A DNA stretch of 64,000 bases from Parasitella parasitica NRRL 2501. Lineage: Eukaryota; Fungi; Mucoromycota. Shown in pieces: positions 11,464-25,117 of this stretch (positions within the stretch are counted from its first letter, which is position 1; every line of letters begins with the position of its first letter). A program made the translations under genes and the position numbers. Where the stretch lies: positions 1 to 64,000 of the forward strand of contig MU619249.1 in the NCBI GenBank assembly GCA_025201805.1, written 5' to 3'. The notes under the pieces were generated by a model, which was not told the origin of the DNA, did not search any database, and saw only the letters and a list, made by a program, of their open reading frames with translations.

Positions 11464-13455
11464 ATGGATGGACTTGTATGGAACGAAACACATACTACTA
11501 ATTCATTACACCAGTATTGTTATTGCGAACAAGATAGAAGCCTTCTTGATAAAGTTGTTCAATGTCGAGGTGAGTATTAATATCTAAATTGAAATGACGA
11601 TTTTAAGTATCTGTTTGTATGTAGGGTGCAAAAATTGGTTTCATACAAAATGCACATCGATTAAGGATCCTCCAACTACATTATTTGTAGTAAATTACCA
11701 ATTTGAATGCCACAACTGTAATGAATTGAATGTAGAGATATTTGAAAGAACTGCTGCAGGTTGGAAAGAAGTTTGTACAGCTAGCTTAGCAAATTTAGCG
11801 TTGGAAGCTATTTTACTCGACATTGGAACATACAGCAAGGAATTGTTAGAGAGCAAGAATGAATTATTGATGGAAAAATGGCAACCAGAGAAGTACTATT
11901 TCAACAAGAAAGACCTGGTTACTTTTTTAGACAAGCATTGGGACAGTATATGCACAGAAAGGTCGAGAACTCCTACGTGGTAAGTATATTTTGTTGCATA
12001 AAATTCAATCGTATTTATATATAGGTAGGTGGGCTACTTTAGGAAGTTGTTTATACTCGTCGAAGGATATGTTTATCGCAAGAAATGAAAATGAAAGATC
12101 TGCAACGTCAGACTTCCGATTAGCAGACTCGAATTTATGGCACATCCGACCACACCCAGCATCATCATCATTAGCAGCAGAAGGGGAGCCATCATCAGCT
12201 CGAATGTCAAATAGACTCAATGAGATTTCACCAGAAGCAAATAGATTATTGACATCGAACACACCTTCACCCAGATCATCCTCACCAGTGCCATTAACAC
12301 CCAACACTGTGCCTGCTGTATTTCCTCAAGGAACATCAGCTAATACAGATCATCCATTTAATCGATTTGGATTTAAATATAGTCCTTGCGAATCTTCAAT
12401 CTTACCGTTGGTAGCTTATCAACAGTCTGAAAATAGTTTAGGTGGATGTACCATCAGCATTCCAGACAAAAGTTCATATGTGTCTGTTACTAAGGACGGC
12501 TTAACGGTAACAACAGATAAAGGGTTTCGCATGTGTAGAGCCAACGTAGGAGTGAAGGAAGGAAATTGGTTTTGGGAGGCTAAAATTCAAAATGCAGCAG
12601 GGCCAGCCAGCAATGGAGCTCATGTTCGTCTTGGTTTTGCCAGAAGAGAAGGTATTTGGATGCTTGTAGATTACATTGAACGCATAATAACCCTATATTT
12701 ATACGCGCAAAGCATGTCTTAACGCACCAGTTGGATATGATGCTTATGGATATGCCTATCGAGATAAAACTGGCGATAAAATGTTTTGCTCTCGGCCTGA
12801 AAAATACGGCGAGCCATTTCAATCCGGGGATGTAATTGGACTTTACATCTCTATTCCAGCTAAAAACAAGGCAAAATTCCAAAGCGCTCTAAGAAGACGT
12901 ATACCCATTGCTTATAAAGAACGTTTCTGGTTTGAAGAAAAGGACTATAGACCCAGTAAAGAAATGGAGGCTCTAGCTGATCCTTATAGAAAGGACAAAG
13001 ACAATGACTACGAATCCAAGAAGCTGGAGGGATCCTTTATAACAGTCTACAAGAATGGCGTAAATCAAGGAGTCATGTTTACAGATTTGATTGATTTCGA
13101 GGATTTCGGTCGTTTGCCAGAGACGATCTTAGCAAAGAGAGCCAAAAAGAAGAGAAAACAATCCAAAAAAGATCACGGTAGCAGCATGCCCAGAGATGAC
13201 TTTGATAGTGTTACGCAGCATTGGACTGACGACCCTCCAGTTGAAGACGATGGTACACTAGGCTATTATCCAGCTGTCAGCGTTTTCAAAGGGGGTGTTG
13301 TCAACTGCAATTTCGGACCCAATTTTCAGCATCCACCGATAGATCAGAAAGATTGGAAACCATTAAGTCAAAGATACAATGATTACATGGTAGAAGAATG
13401 TGTTTGGGACCTAGTTGACGAGGTTTCTAGATCATTTAAATACAAAAAAAATTGA
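11464..13455 (+). CDS. ASH2: Set1/COMPASS subunit Ash2/Bre2 (PHD-like Zn finger, winged helix, SPRY); multi-exon
   Basis: YCYC...QCRGCKNWFH, YQFECHNC and TPTWWATLGSCLY; SPRY motifs KGFRMCRANVGV, VRLGFARRE, PVGYDAYGYAYRD and YYPAVSVF. GT-AG introns. Start ATG inferred at 11464. Confidence 0.88.
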
Positions 13456-13618
13456 TAAATAAAACAGATATGGGCGTTGACAACTACATGTTTTTAGATG
13501 GCATCAACTGATAATCTCTCATCGTTGGAACCCAGCCATCAAATTTTTTCTTTTCATTGTTTTGACAAAATTTTTTTCTTCTTCTTTCCTCTTTTCACCT
13601 TTATTTTGACGAAAAAAC

Positions 13619-15491
13619 ATGTCTGAACAAGCAGATCAAAAGAACCTTCAAAAGGACCCTGTCACTGGAGAAATGATCTCCAAAACGTATGTGTAATAAT
13701 TTGTTTTAGCTTTCGGCACAAAGGACTGACAGAAATGTTGTTCCTGTATGTTACTAGTGAGCTCAAGAGACGCCAAAAAACCCGTGAAAAGGAAGCCCAA
13801 AAGGCAGCTAAGAGTGCTGCTACTCCTGCAAAGGAAGTCAAGGCAAAGAGTGTAGAGGAATGCGAGGACGACTTGAATCCCAACGTGAGTATGAATGTCA
13901 TAATGGATATTGCGAAAACACGCCATGAGCAGGGGGGTCATTTGACATTGACATTTATTATTTTGATGGCTAGCAATACTTTGAATTGCGCTCCAAGACT
14001 ATCAACAAGCTTCGCGAAAACCTTAATCCTAACCCTTACCCTCACAAGTTCTCTGTTGATTTGAGTCTTCCCGACTTTATTAAAAAATTTAACGAAATTG
14101 AAGACGGTAAGCGTCTCGATGATCAAGTTATCTCTGTTGCTGGCCGCATTCAAAACAAACGTGCCTCTGGTGCCAAATTGAGATTCTACGATTTGCATGG
14201 CGAGGGTCTCAAAATTCAAATCATGGCTGCTGTTCAAGACAACGAAGGCGACGATTACGCTGAAATCCACGACCTTTTAAGACGTGGTGATATTGTTGGT
14301 GTTACTGGTGTTCCTGGCAAGACTAAGCGTGGCGAGCTTTCCATTTTCCCCAAAAAGGTCACTCTCTTGTCTCCTTGTCTCCGTATGTTGCCCAAATCCA
14401 ACTATGGCTTCAAGGATCAGGAACTTAGATATCGCCAGCGTTATCTCGACTTGATTATGAACAACTCTGTCCGTGACAATTTCATAATCCGTTCTAAGAT
14501 TATCACCTATGTTCGCTCTTTCCTCGACAATCTCAATTTCCTTGAGGTCGAAACTCCCATGATGAACACAATCGCTGGAGGCGCCACTGCTAAGCCGTTC
14601 AAAACTCATCATAACGATCTAAAGCTAGATATGTTTATGCGTATCGCCCCCGAGTTATACTTGAAAATGTTGGTTGTGGGTGGTCTTGATCGTGTTTATG
14701 AAATTGGCCGTCAATTCCGTAACGAAGGTATCGATATGACCCATAATCCTGAATTCACTACCTGCGAGTTCTATCAGGCTTATGCTGATATGTATGATCT
14801 AATGGAGATGACCGAAGAACTCATTTCTGGTATGGTTATGAAAATCCTTGGCAAGTATGAGATTGATTACCATCCTAAAGGACCTAATGGCCCTACCATG
14901 AAACTTGACTTCACTCCTCCTTTCAAGCGTATTAATATGATCGAAGCTCTGGAAGAAAAGTTGAATTGCAAGTTTCCTCCTGGTGATCAACTTCACACAG
15001 CAGAAACTAACAAATTTTTGTCTGATCTCCTCAACAAAAATGATGTTGATTGTCCTGAACCTCGTACTAACGCTCGTATGCTGGACAAACTTGTTGGTGA
15101 CTACCTCGAAGTCGAATGTATTTCTCCTGTCTTTATCACTGGTCATCCACAAATGATGTCTCCTTTGGCCAAGAAGGATCGCAAACAACCTGGACTCTGT
15201 GAACGCTTCGAGTTGTTTGTTGCTACCAAAGAAGTGTGTAACGCCTACACTGAGTTGAATGATCCTGTCGATCAGCGTGAACGTTTCTCTGAGCAAGCCA
15301 ACCAAAAGGCTGCTGGTGACGATGAAGCTCAAATGATTGATGAAAACTTCTGCCAATCTCTTGAATTCGGTCTTCCTCCCACTGGTGGTTGGGGAATGGG
15401 TATTGATCGTCTTACCATGTTCTTGACCAACTCTAGCAACATCAAGGAGGTTCTCTTGTTCCCTGCTATGAAGCCCGAAGAGAACAACTAG
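13619..15491 (+). CDS. KRS1: Cytosolic lysyl-tRNA synthetase (class II), 3 exons
   Basis: [37 protein letters not shown] and GWGMGIDRL motifs; two 5' introns. Confidence 0.97.
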
Positions 15492-16121
15492 ATTTAAAGT
15501 TTTTGTTTCCACAGCCATCTTTTCCTTTCTTTTTTCAAAACTATTTCTCAAGAATTAGAGTAAATAAAACTATATATAGTACTGTATCTAATAGTAACTA
15601 CTACTGGCAATTTGATATATTATAGTTGGCCCTATAAGGCTTCATATCATCAATCGTCGAATGTGTCATTATCTAGCAATGTAAGAGAAAATATAGATCA
15701 GAATCGGTTGCGGCCAATTGAACCCGGTACAGATATCTTGACACTTATTGTTAGCAAACGATAATGTTTGTGTGCCTAAATTTTTGCCTCCATTTTATAT
15801 ATATGTTTAATTCTTCTTTCTATACCTTTTGAAATGTTCAAATTATTTTAATGGCGAGTAATAATTTTGTATTGAATAACGTTTTCTCAACAACGACGTC
15901 TTTTCCCTTCGATTGATCGTGAAAACAAGATATTATAACCTACTTTGAATAGGTAAAGCCTAGTTTAAGGTTTATTTATGTTTGCTATCTGTATACAAGT
16001 CTGAAGGAATCCCGGAAATTGAAAGTAGTATAGTACCATATAGCGAAGCTCTCTATAAATATCCGGGGGTGAAAAAGTTTTGTTTTTTTTCTCCCTTATT
16101 TTTGACATATACTATTAAGAC

Positions 16122-17258
16122 ATGTTCCTACGCAAGATCAAGCTGGCTTTTGCTAGAGGATCTCTTTCGAGAGAAAACATCCTAACAACAACTATTAACC
16201 ACCTGTCTTCTCTACCCAAACCTACAGCAGTGAGATTACTTCATGTGCAGTCTCATGTCACTATTCCTGACACCAAAGAAGCCGAAGCCATTGTACCCTT
16301 ACTACAACAGATTAAAACACAAGCACCCTCAGCCACGACATATAACACTGTTATGAAAACATTGGCTTTGGAAGGCAGGTCGCAGCAAGCACAGAAGCTG
16401 TACGACATTATCTTTCGAAATCACGATGTCAATGCTGATGTCGATACATATAGCCATTTGATGTTGGCCTACATGAATGACGGCAGATATGAAGAGGCCA
16501 TGGAAATCTACTACGAGTTGCGTGATCACGATCAGAATCCCATAAAACAATTGCGATTAAAGCCAGACACGTATGCATCCATGTTGCAAGCTTTGACAGA
16601 CCCCACTAAAATGCAAGAAAACCACGCCCAGTTTGATGACAGTACAGAGCCAATGTACGAGTATTCAGTACAAGATGTGGGCACAGCTCTTTATCCTAAC
16701 ATTGATGGCGATTCACAGCCTGCATTATTGACAGCATTGGCCTTATTCAACGATATGCGACATTTAGAAATTCAGCCTACACCTGACATGTATACTAACC
16801 TACTAAAAGCGTGTGCCGATCAAAAGGACGGATTTGTGCTAGAAAAATTACACAAGCTGATAAGGATGGACCTTAATTTTGACCCTAGTATTCAGGTCTT
16901 TAACCAGCTGATGAGAGCGTATCATGCTGTGGGTGATCCAGCTCCAGCGCTGGAGATTTGGGAGGTGGCCGAGTCCTCAAATATGGTAGATTGTGAGTCT
17001 GTGTCGACTGCGTTGGAGATATGCCTACAGTATGGATATTTTAGTAGAGCAGATGCTATTTGGAGCTCACTGGGGGGGCACAAGGATATTGAAGTTACAG
17101 TGGGTAACTTTAACGTTTACTTACAAAGCTTGCTAAATAGCAGTGCTGCTGATAAGGCAGAGAAAATGGTCCAAGAGGGTTTATGCTCAGGGCACGCCGA
17201 TGAAACTAGCGTAAATATTTTGAAAATGTATACAAATGCTAATGGTAATAATAAATAA
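16122..17258 (+). CDS. Pentatricopeptide-repeat (PPR) protein, probably mitochondrial
   Basis: Repeats TYNTVMKTLA, TYSHLMLAY, MYTNLLKAC and VFNQLMRAY; Arg-rich, presequence-like N-terminus. Confidence 0.8.
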   Translation: MFLRKIKLAFARGSLSRENILTTTINHLSSLPKPTAVRLLHVQSHVTIPDTKEAEAIVPLLQQIKTQAPSATTYNTVMKTLALEGRSQQAQKLYDIIFRNHDVNADVDTYSHLMLAYMNDGRYEEAMEIYYELRDHDQNPIKQLRLKPDTYASMLQALTDPTKMQENHAQFDDSTEPMYEYSVQDVGTALYPNIDGDSQPALLTALALFNDMRHLEIQPTPDMYTNLLKACADQKDGFVLEKLHKLIRMDLNFDPSIQVFNQLMRAYHAVGDPAPALEIWEVAESSNMVDCESVSTALEICLQYGYFSRADAIWSSLGGHKDIEVTVGNFNVYLQSLLNSSAADKAEKMVQEGLCSGHADETSVNILKMYTNANGNNK

Positions 17259-17696
17259 CAACATCATGAAGCCATTTTTGTATTTCTATATCCAGCGTCT
17301 TCTTGAGAATGCTCCTTTTTTTTTCTTGTTGCTTGTGCATGAACATCCATGCGACGACTTTACAGCAGATTTTGAAGTTATACTACATCGATTCATAGCG
17401 ATTTACATGTAGAATAGCTGCTGGGAACGCGTATGCTGTTTTGTCATAGTGTAGGTATACGTGTATATAAGCTTCCTTATCAATGGGACAGGAACAGTAG
17501 AATATATGCATCGTCTATTTTTCAAAACGACTTATCCCTAGCTGGTCTGTTTAGGCCCCTTATTTTTTGTTTTATCTCCTTTTCTTTACAAGTCGGTTTT
17601 TTTTCCTTGACCTCACTTTGCCCTGTTGGTCTTTCTCCTAAAAAACCTTTCTTCTTTTTTTCATTTTATTCATTTCTCTCTCTCTTTGATTGATAT

Positions 17697-17698
<2 letters not shown>

Positions 17699-17743
<45 letters not shown>
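17699..17743. repeat. Poly(T) tract, 45 nt, just upstream of the septin TATA region
   Basis: T run followed by TATATATAAATATATATAAAAA and the septin ATG. Confidence 0.9.
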
Positions 17744-17799
17744 CAATATCAAATTCTATATATATAAATATATATAAAAAGTATACTATTTAATACAAA

Positions 17800-19738
17800 A
17801 TGGCACACGTATGTATCAGAGACAAAGTAGAGTACTGGAGAATTAAAGCGTCGCTTTGTAGAGACTTGGAGGACGTAGAAAAAACGTAAAAAAAGGATTT
17901 CAGTTTACATTGATGGTTGTAGGCAAGTGAGCGACAGCGAGGAAGCTGATTTGGCTGTGTGCTGATAATGAAATTGAATAGGTGCATCTGGTACTGGCCG
18001 CACTACATTTGTGAATACACTCTGTGATTCCAATGTGCTGTCCAAAAAGATCTGCGACAATCCTGAGGAAGCACACAACGAAGAGGGAATCACTATCAAG
18101 CCTGTATCTGTTGGTAAGTGTGCCTACACCTCATGAATACCGTTGTACTCATCCATGAATTCACATTATAGAATTGGACGAAGATGGTGTTAGGTAAAGT
18201 ATTGGGAATTGGGCTGATATTTATAAAATAAATCAAGGGGAGTCCCTTTTTTGCAGCATCTGCTGCCTGCTCTCCCTTGCTTTTTATTTTAGTATAATAG
18301 ACAACTTATTTCTCGTTGCTAACCTATTTCATAATCCCTTGAATTTTATTTGTTTATGCGTATTATAGAATCTCCTTAACCATTGTTGATACGCCTGGAT
18401 TTGGCGATAACATTGATAATGAGAAATGGTATGCCCGTATTGAATGCTTTCGCTGGTTTACAAACTAACCTTGTCTTCAAGCTTCCAAGAGATCGTTGGT
18501 TATTTGGAAACACAATACGACGACATTTTAGCTGAAGAATCCAGAATCAAACGTAATCCTCGTTTCCGTGATAACCGTGTCCATGCTCTCTTATATTTTA
18601 TCTCACCCACTGGCCATGCGTAAAGTATCTTCATGTACAAATTACTATGTTTACTGACCAAATTCCTCAAAAAAGTCTCCGTGAAATCGATATTGAATTA
18701 ATGCGTCGCCTGAGTCCTCGTGTCAATGTCATTCCTGTCGTTGGTCGTGCTGATTCTCTCACTCCACAGGAACTGAAGGATTTCAAGAGAAGAGTAAGCA
18801 CCATCTGAATTTCTTTATTCTTTGCTTCCTAACCGTTCAAATGTTAGATTATGGAAGATATTGAGCACTATAACATTCGTATTTACAATTTCCCCTACGA
18901 TGTTGAAGAAGACGACGAAGATACTATCGAAGAAAATAGTGAGCTGAGAGTAAGTTAACGCAGAGTGTTTGTCTGTGTGTTGCTACATGCAACTCACCTC
19001 TATCTAGGCTCTCTTACCCTTTTCCATCATCGGTAGCGATGAAGAGATCACTGTAAACGGTCGTGCTGTTCGTGGAAGACAATACCCTTGGGGTGCTGTT
19101 GAAGGTAACTATCATCTGTGCATAATTCTGATTATCCCAGCTGATCGTAATGTGTGAGCAGTGGACAATCCCCAACATTCTGATTTTGCACGCTTAAGGT
19201 CTGCTCTTTTGAGGTGAGTATTTTACCATCAGCCATGGTCGACATGTATCTAACGCACACTACTCAGCTCTCATTTACAAGACCTCAAAGAAATTACCCA
19301 TGATATCCTGTATGAGAACTATCGTACTGAGAAACTCAGTCGTACCGTCAACGGTGGAGATCAGGAGTAAGTTGTACATGAGTACCTCCCCATCATCCCC
19401 CTCCGCACCTCCCCTTCAGAAAGGGTCCCTTTCCCCTTATATTTATATAAACTAATACCTATCTGTTTACTTTAGCGATGCTTCCTTGAATGCAGATGAT
19501 ATGGCAGGTCAAAGTGTCCGCTTGAAGGAAGAACACTTGAGAAAGGAAGAAGAGAAGGTAATGTTTACATGCCCGTTTCTCGATGAGATAATACTAACCT
19601 TTAAAAAACCAGCTCCGTGAGATTGAGTTGAAAGTTCAGCGTGAAATCCAAGAAAAGAGAGCTGAACTCATGAACAAAGAAGAAGCCTTACGTAGTTTGG
19701 AAGCAAGACTTTCGCAAGCACAGTTAACAGATGCTTAA
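17800..19738 (+). CDS. CDC11: Septin, Cdc11/AspA/Spn3 type; many short exons, absent from the ORF track
   Basis: Spliced translation gives [81 protein letters not shown] and a C-terminal coiled coil. Arg in the P-loop is typical of Cdc11. Confidence 0.9.
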
Positions 19739-20166
19739 TAACAATTTCATAATTTTTTCTTTACATTAATAAAACCCTTCTTTTCACACCACACCAAGAG
19801 CATTTTTTTTTATTTTTTATTTTTTATTTTTTTCATTATGTAGCTATTCGCTCTTATTGCGATGTACACTACACCTAATATTCAACAAACTGTTGCAATT
19901 AATCGAGTAAAGTTTTGTAGGCAGATTTATAACTGATTATATCAAGTGGGCCGCCATCTTTTTCATAACGAGTATAACCACCCGGATTTCTCTTGCACAA
20001 AAAACATGACTGATTTCCTTCGGTGTCATTGCTTTTTTGTAAAGCAACAGATGCATAAAAAAAGGTACTTGCAAACTCCTCTATTTTATCTCTTTCCTTT
20101 TTTTCTCTTTCTTTCCATTGTTTGCCACTATTCACAAACCTTTTATCCTTTCAAGACATACTCTAA

Positions 20167-21182
<1,016 letters not shown>

Positions 21183-21280
21183 TGACTTGTTCGCAAAAAA
21201 ACTGGCTTTCAATTAATAAACCCAACATCATTCCTTTTGAGTTTTGCTTTCTTTCCTTGCTTCGTTTTTGTTGTGTGAGA

Positions 21281-21718
21281 ATGGTTCAGGTTGAACAGAT
21301 AACCGAGGACACCATCACAGGCGTGACGTTAGAGCAACTTTTACATGTAACAAGACAACTTTCAAACTCTGTCACAGCAGATTCCATCACTAAGGCTATC
21401 TCATCCCATCAAAATCATGTGCTAGTGGCAATTGATAAGGGTATAATTGTAGGGACAACTACAATGTCATATTTGTATTGTGTAACTGGTGTTCGGGTGC
21501 ATATTGAAGACGTAGTCGTGGATTCGGTTCACAGGGATAAAGGTATAGCGCAGGCTTTAATTAATGAGGCTATCCAGCGTGCGAAAAACTTGCCAGCCAA
21601 AACGATAGATCTCACCAGTCGACCAGAGCGACAAGCAGCCAATAAACTTTACACGAAACTGGGATTTGTACAGAGAGACACTAACGTGTATCGATTTGTT
21701 GCACCAATCACTGAATAA
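21281..21718 (+). CDS. GNAT-family N-acetyltransferase, intronless
   Basis: HIEDVVVDSVHRDKGIAQALI acetyl-CoA motif A; C-terminal LTSRPERQAANKLYTKLGF. Confidence 0.85.
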   Translation: MVQVEQITEDTITGVTLEQLLHVTRQLSNSVTADSITKAISSHQNHVLVAIDKGIIVGTTTMSYLYCVTGVRVHIEDVVVDSVHRDKGIAQALINEAIQRAKNLPAKTIDLTSRPERQAANKLYTKLGFVQRDTNVYRFVAPITE

Positions 21719-21867
21719 ACTCTTTTTCCCCACACTTTTTTTTTAAGATAAAGGAAGGGAATCTTTCCGTTATTTCCATTGTGTATAAATATCATTTGCA
21801 GAGTAATTGTAGTTTGACATATTTTTTTCACCCTTTATATTTTGCAAAAAAAACAAAACAAAAACAA

Positions 21868-24364
21868 ATGACTATCCGCTTCACGAATGAACCTACTGAC
21901 GGCGAGACCTTTCGGTATCAAAATCAACTTCCCAAGTTGCCTATTCCCGAGCTCGAGAATACAGCCAAAAAATACCTCGCGGCTGTGAAGCCATTGCAGG
22001 TTCGCATTCTTCACATGCATCTAAAATAAGCACATGTACTGACATTTGAAAAATAGTCATCCGAAGAGCATCAAGCTACAATTAAAACGGTGCAAGATTT
22101 CATGAAAAACGAGGGCCCTCTGTTGCAAGAAAAGCTAAAGACATACGCTACCGACAAGTCATCCTACATTGAAGAGTTTTGGTACGACTCTTATCTCCAC
22201 TATACCGATCCCGTGGTGCTTAATCTCAACCCCTTCTTCTTACTAGAAGATGACCCGACTCCCCTTCGCAACGACCAGGTTATCCGTGCCTCTTCTCTCA
22301 TCTACTCTACGCTAACCTTTGTGCATGCTCTCAAGACGAGGCATTTGGAGCCAGACGTTTTCCGTGGTATTCCTCTCTGCATGTCTCAATTCAGTCGCTT
22401 ATTCGCTACGGCTCGCGTACCCACCGAGAATGGCTGCTACATTGCTCCAAACAACGAAATTAATGGCCGTCATATCGCTGTTATGTCCCACTCTCAGTTT
22501 TACCATTTTGAGGTGTTTGATGAATCCGGCGATTTTGTGTTGACCGAAAAAGAAATTGCAGCTAATTTGAGAGCCATTTTGCGTGATTCGGCACAGACTC
22601 CCATCGCTGAAATTGCAAAGAATGCAGTGGGCATCTTGACTACCGAGAATCGTCGCAATTGGGCCAAGTTGCGAACCCAACTCAAGAGTGACCCGGTCAA
22701 TCGCGAATCCCTCAAGGTGGTGGATGGTGCCTTGTTTATCGTTTGCCTTGATCACGTTCAGCCCGAATCATCTGAGGAATTGAGTAACAACATGCTATGT
22801 GGAACTTACAATCTAGATCAAGGACTGCAAGTTGGCACTTGCACAAATAGATGGTATGATAAACTCCAGGTAATCATCGAATGCTTTTTTTTTGTGTAAT
22901 TTCCCCATATTCTTGTGCTACTAGCGTTGCTTACAAAGTCTATTCTTAGATCATTGTTTGTCAAAATGGCAGTGCTGGTATAAATTTTGAACACACAGGT
23001 AGCTGAATGAAAGATGTGGGGGGCTAGTGCCGTCATACTGATTGTGCTATATTATAGGGGTCGATGGCCATACTGTCTTGCGTTACGTCTCTGACATATA
23101 CACTGATACCATTTTGCGTTTCGCAAAGACTATTAATAGTCAAACCCAATCCATTTTCCACAACTATCGCCAAAGAAGAGAGAGCCATAGCACAAATGGC
23201 AACACTGTACCTCGTGACAGAGCAGGCTCGACTGGTAGCGCCACTGGCTATTTTGATCACAACCCGCGTAAAATTGAATGGAACATGACGGAGGAGGTTG
23301 AGCTGGGTGTTCGCTTTGCAGAAACAAGATTAAGCGACCTTATTTTGCAAAATGAAGTCAAAGTACTCGAGTTCAACGAGTACGGAAAGAACTTTATCAC
23401 CGATATGAAGATGAGTCCCGATGCATTTGTACAGGTTTGTTGTGCATATCTTTTCTTGTCATTATATGGCTACCACATGCTGATCATATCTGCTACTAGA
23501 TGGCCATTCAAGCTGCTTACTATGGTCTCTATGGTAAATCGGAATCCACTTACGAACCTGCTATGACAAAGACTTTCTTCCATGGTCGCACTGAAGCTAT
23601 CCGTTCGGTTACTGTAGAATCAACTAACTTTGTCAAAAGTTTTTTCTCAACAAAAGCTTCTTCTAGCGAAAAGTTGGATTCTTTGCGCAATGCATTGAAA
23701 ATGCATACACACATCACTCGTGAATGTTCGAAAGGCCAAGGCCAAGATCGTCATCTATATGCTTTAGAGTGTGTGTGGGATAGACTTTACAAAAATGAAA
23801 AGAAGCCCCAGATATTCACTGATGGTGGCTGGAAGACATTGAATAATACAGTCATTAGCACCTCCAACTGTGGCAACCCAGCTCTTCGTTTGTTTGGTTT
23901 CGGTCCTGTTGTGTCCAACGGCTTTGGTATTGGTTACATTATCAAAGAAGACCGTATTTCCGTAAGTTTCAAGCCCTTATATGTAATGTTACTCGTGCGT
24001 TAACAACACCCGTCTTCAGTTTGTCGCGTCTTCTAAACATCGTCAAACGGAGCGCTTCTTGCAAACGCTGAAAAAGTTTTTAAATGATGTCAGGACCATG
24101 TTGCTCAAAGAAAAATACCCTGGTGGTGTATCGCAACGTCAACGTATACTTGCTCTTGAAGAACAAGAATACCAACTGCAAAATGATGGCTACAGTTACT
24201 TTGATAATGGTTATGAGCCTGCTACAAGCGATCATACCTTGTCTGACGGTGGTGGGACTGGTTCCCCTGCTACTCACCCTACTACAAATGAAAACGGAAT
24301 GTCTCCAACAAAATCTGGACGCAAAATTGGTAAACGTCTGGTTATTCGTGAAAGCGATGAATAA
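21868..24364 (+). CDS. YAT1: Carnitine O-acetyltransferase (Yat1-like), multi-exon
   Basis: LPKLPIPEL, SYIEEFWYDSYL, NRWYDK, catalytic FEHTGVDGH, SPDAFVQMA, TYEPAMTKTFFHGRTE, GQDRHL, STSNCG and GFGIGY. Confidence 0.9.
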
Positions 24365-25117
24365 TAAACTTTGGCACCTAACAGTTTTGTCTGTAAGGCC
24401 TTTTTCATCTGAACGTATTATTTGATCTGCATTTGCTTTATATTGAAAGAGTTGAAGGTTCGATCTCGATACATACAACACCCAAAAGAAGGCGCGCATG
24501 TCTGCAAAAATGGCAACTTTTCCACACAAAAATGCATATAATCGTCAGTATCTTTTCTTAAAGAGCAAAACAAGCAGTGATTTAAACTTTTCTCGTGATT
24601 AATCATGCTTAAATATTCATAATAGTCTTGAATATTTGCGTATTATCTACACCGTTTAAAGATCATGAAGCAATTTTAACATCGAATGCTGTCATATCCG
24701 ACTATAGGGAGTCGTAACCTATACATATTTTTTTTTTTTTTTTTTTTTTTCATCATGTAAAGCCAAAGTCAAGATCTTGAAATGTTCATATCCGGCTTTG
24801 TTCACAGATAGTAGGTATTCATTTTATTTCAAGAGAAAATAGCAATTGCAAATCAGTGAGAAAGAATACGCATTATCGCATATTTATCATTTCTGAAGAA
24901 TGCAACTGGTTTAGCCTAAATAAGACATGTTTATGATAAGCTAATGCACGTGAAATCATCATAGAATAGGGTTTTATTAGCGTCTTTTTATGTGGGAATT
25001 CAAAAATAAGGTTAGAAATATAACAAATGACGAAAATGTGCATAGGAACAGAAATGGGAAAAATGCTACAGGAAAGAATGAATTTTTTTGGGGTATACAA
25101 ATGATATCATGAATGTT

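Noticed and set aside
14799-15551. 250-aa antisense ORF over KRS1, and similar shadow ORFs over YAT1, the PARP and the SH3 gene
   Set aside because: Expected by-product of codon bias on the coding strand; no motifs.
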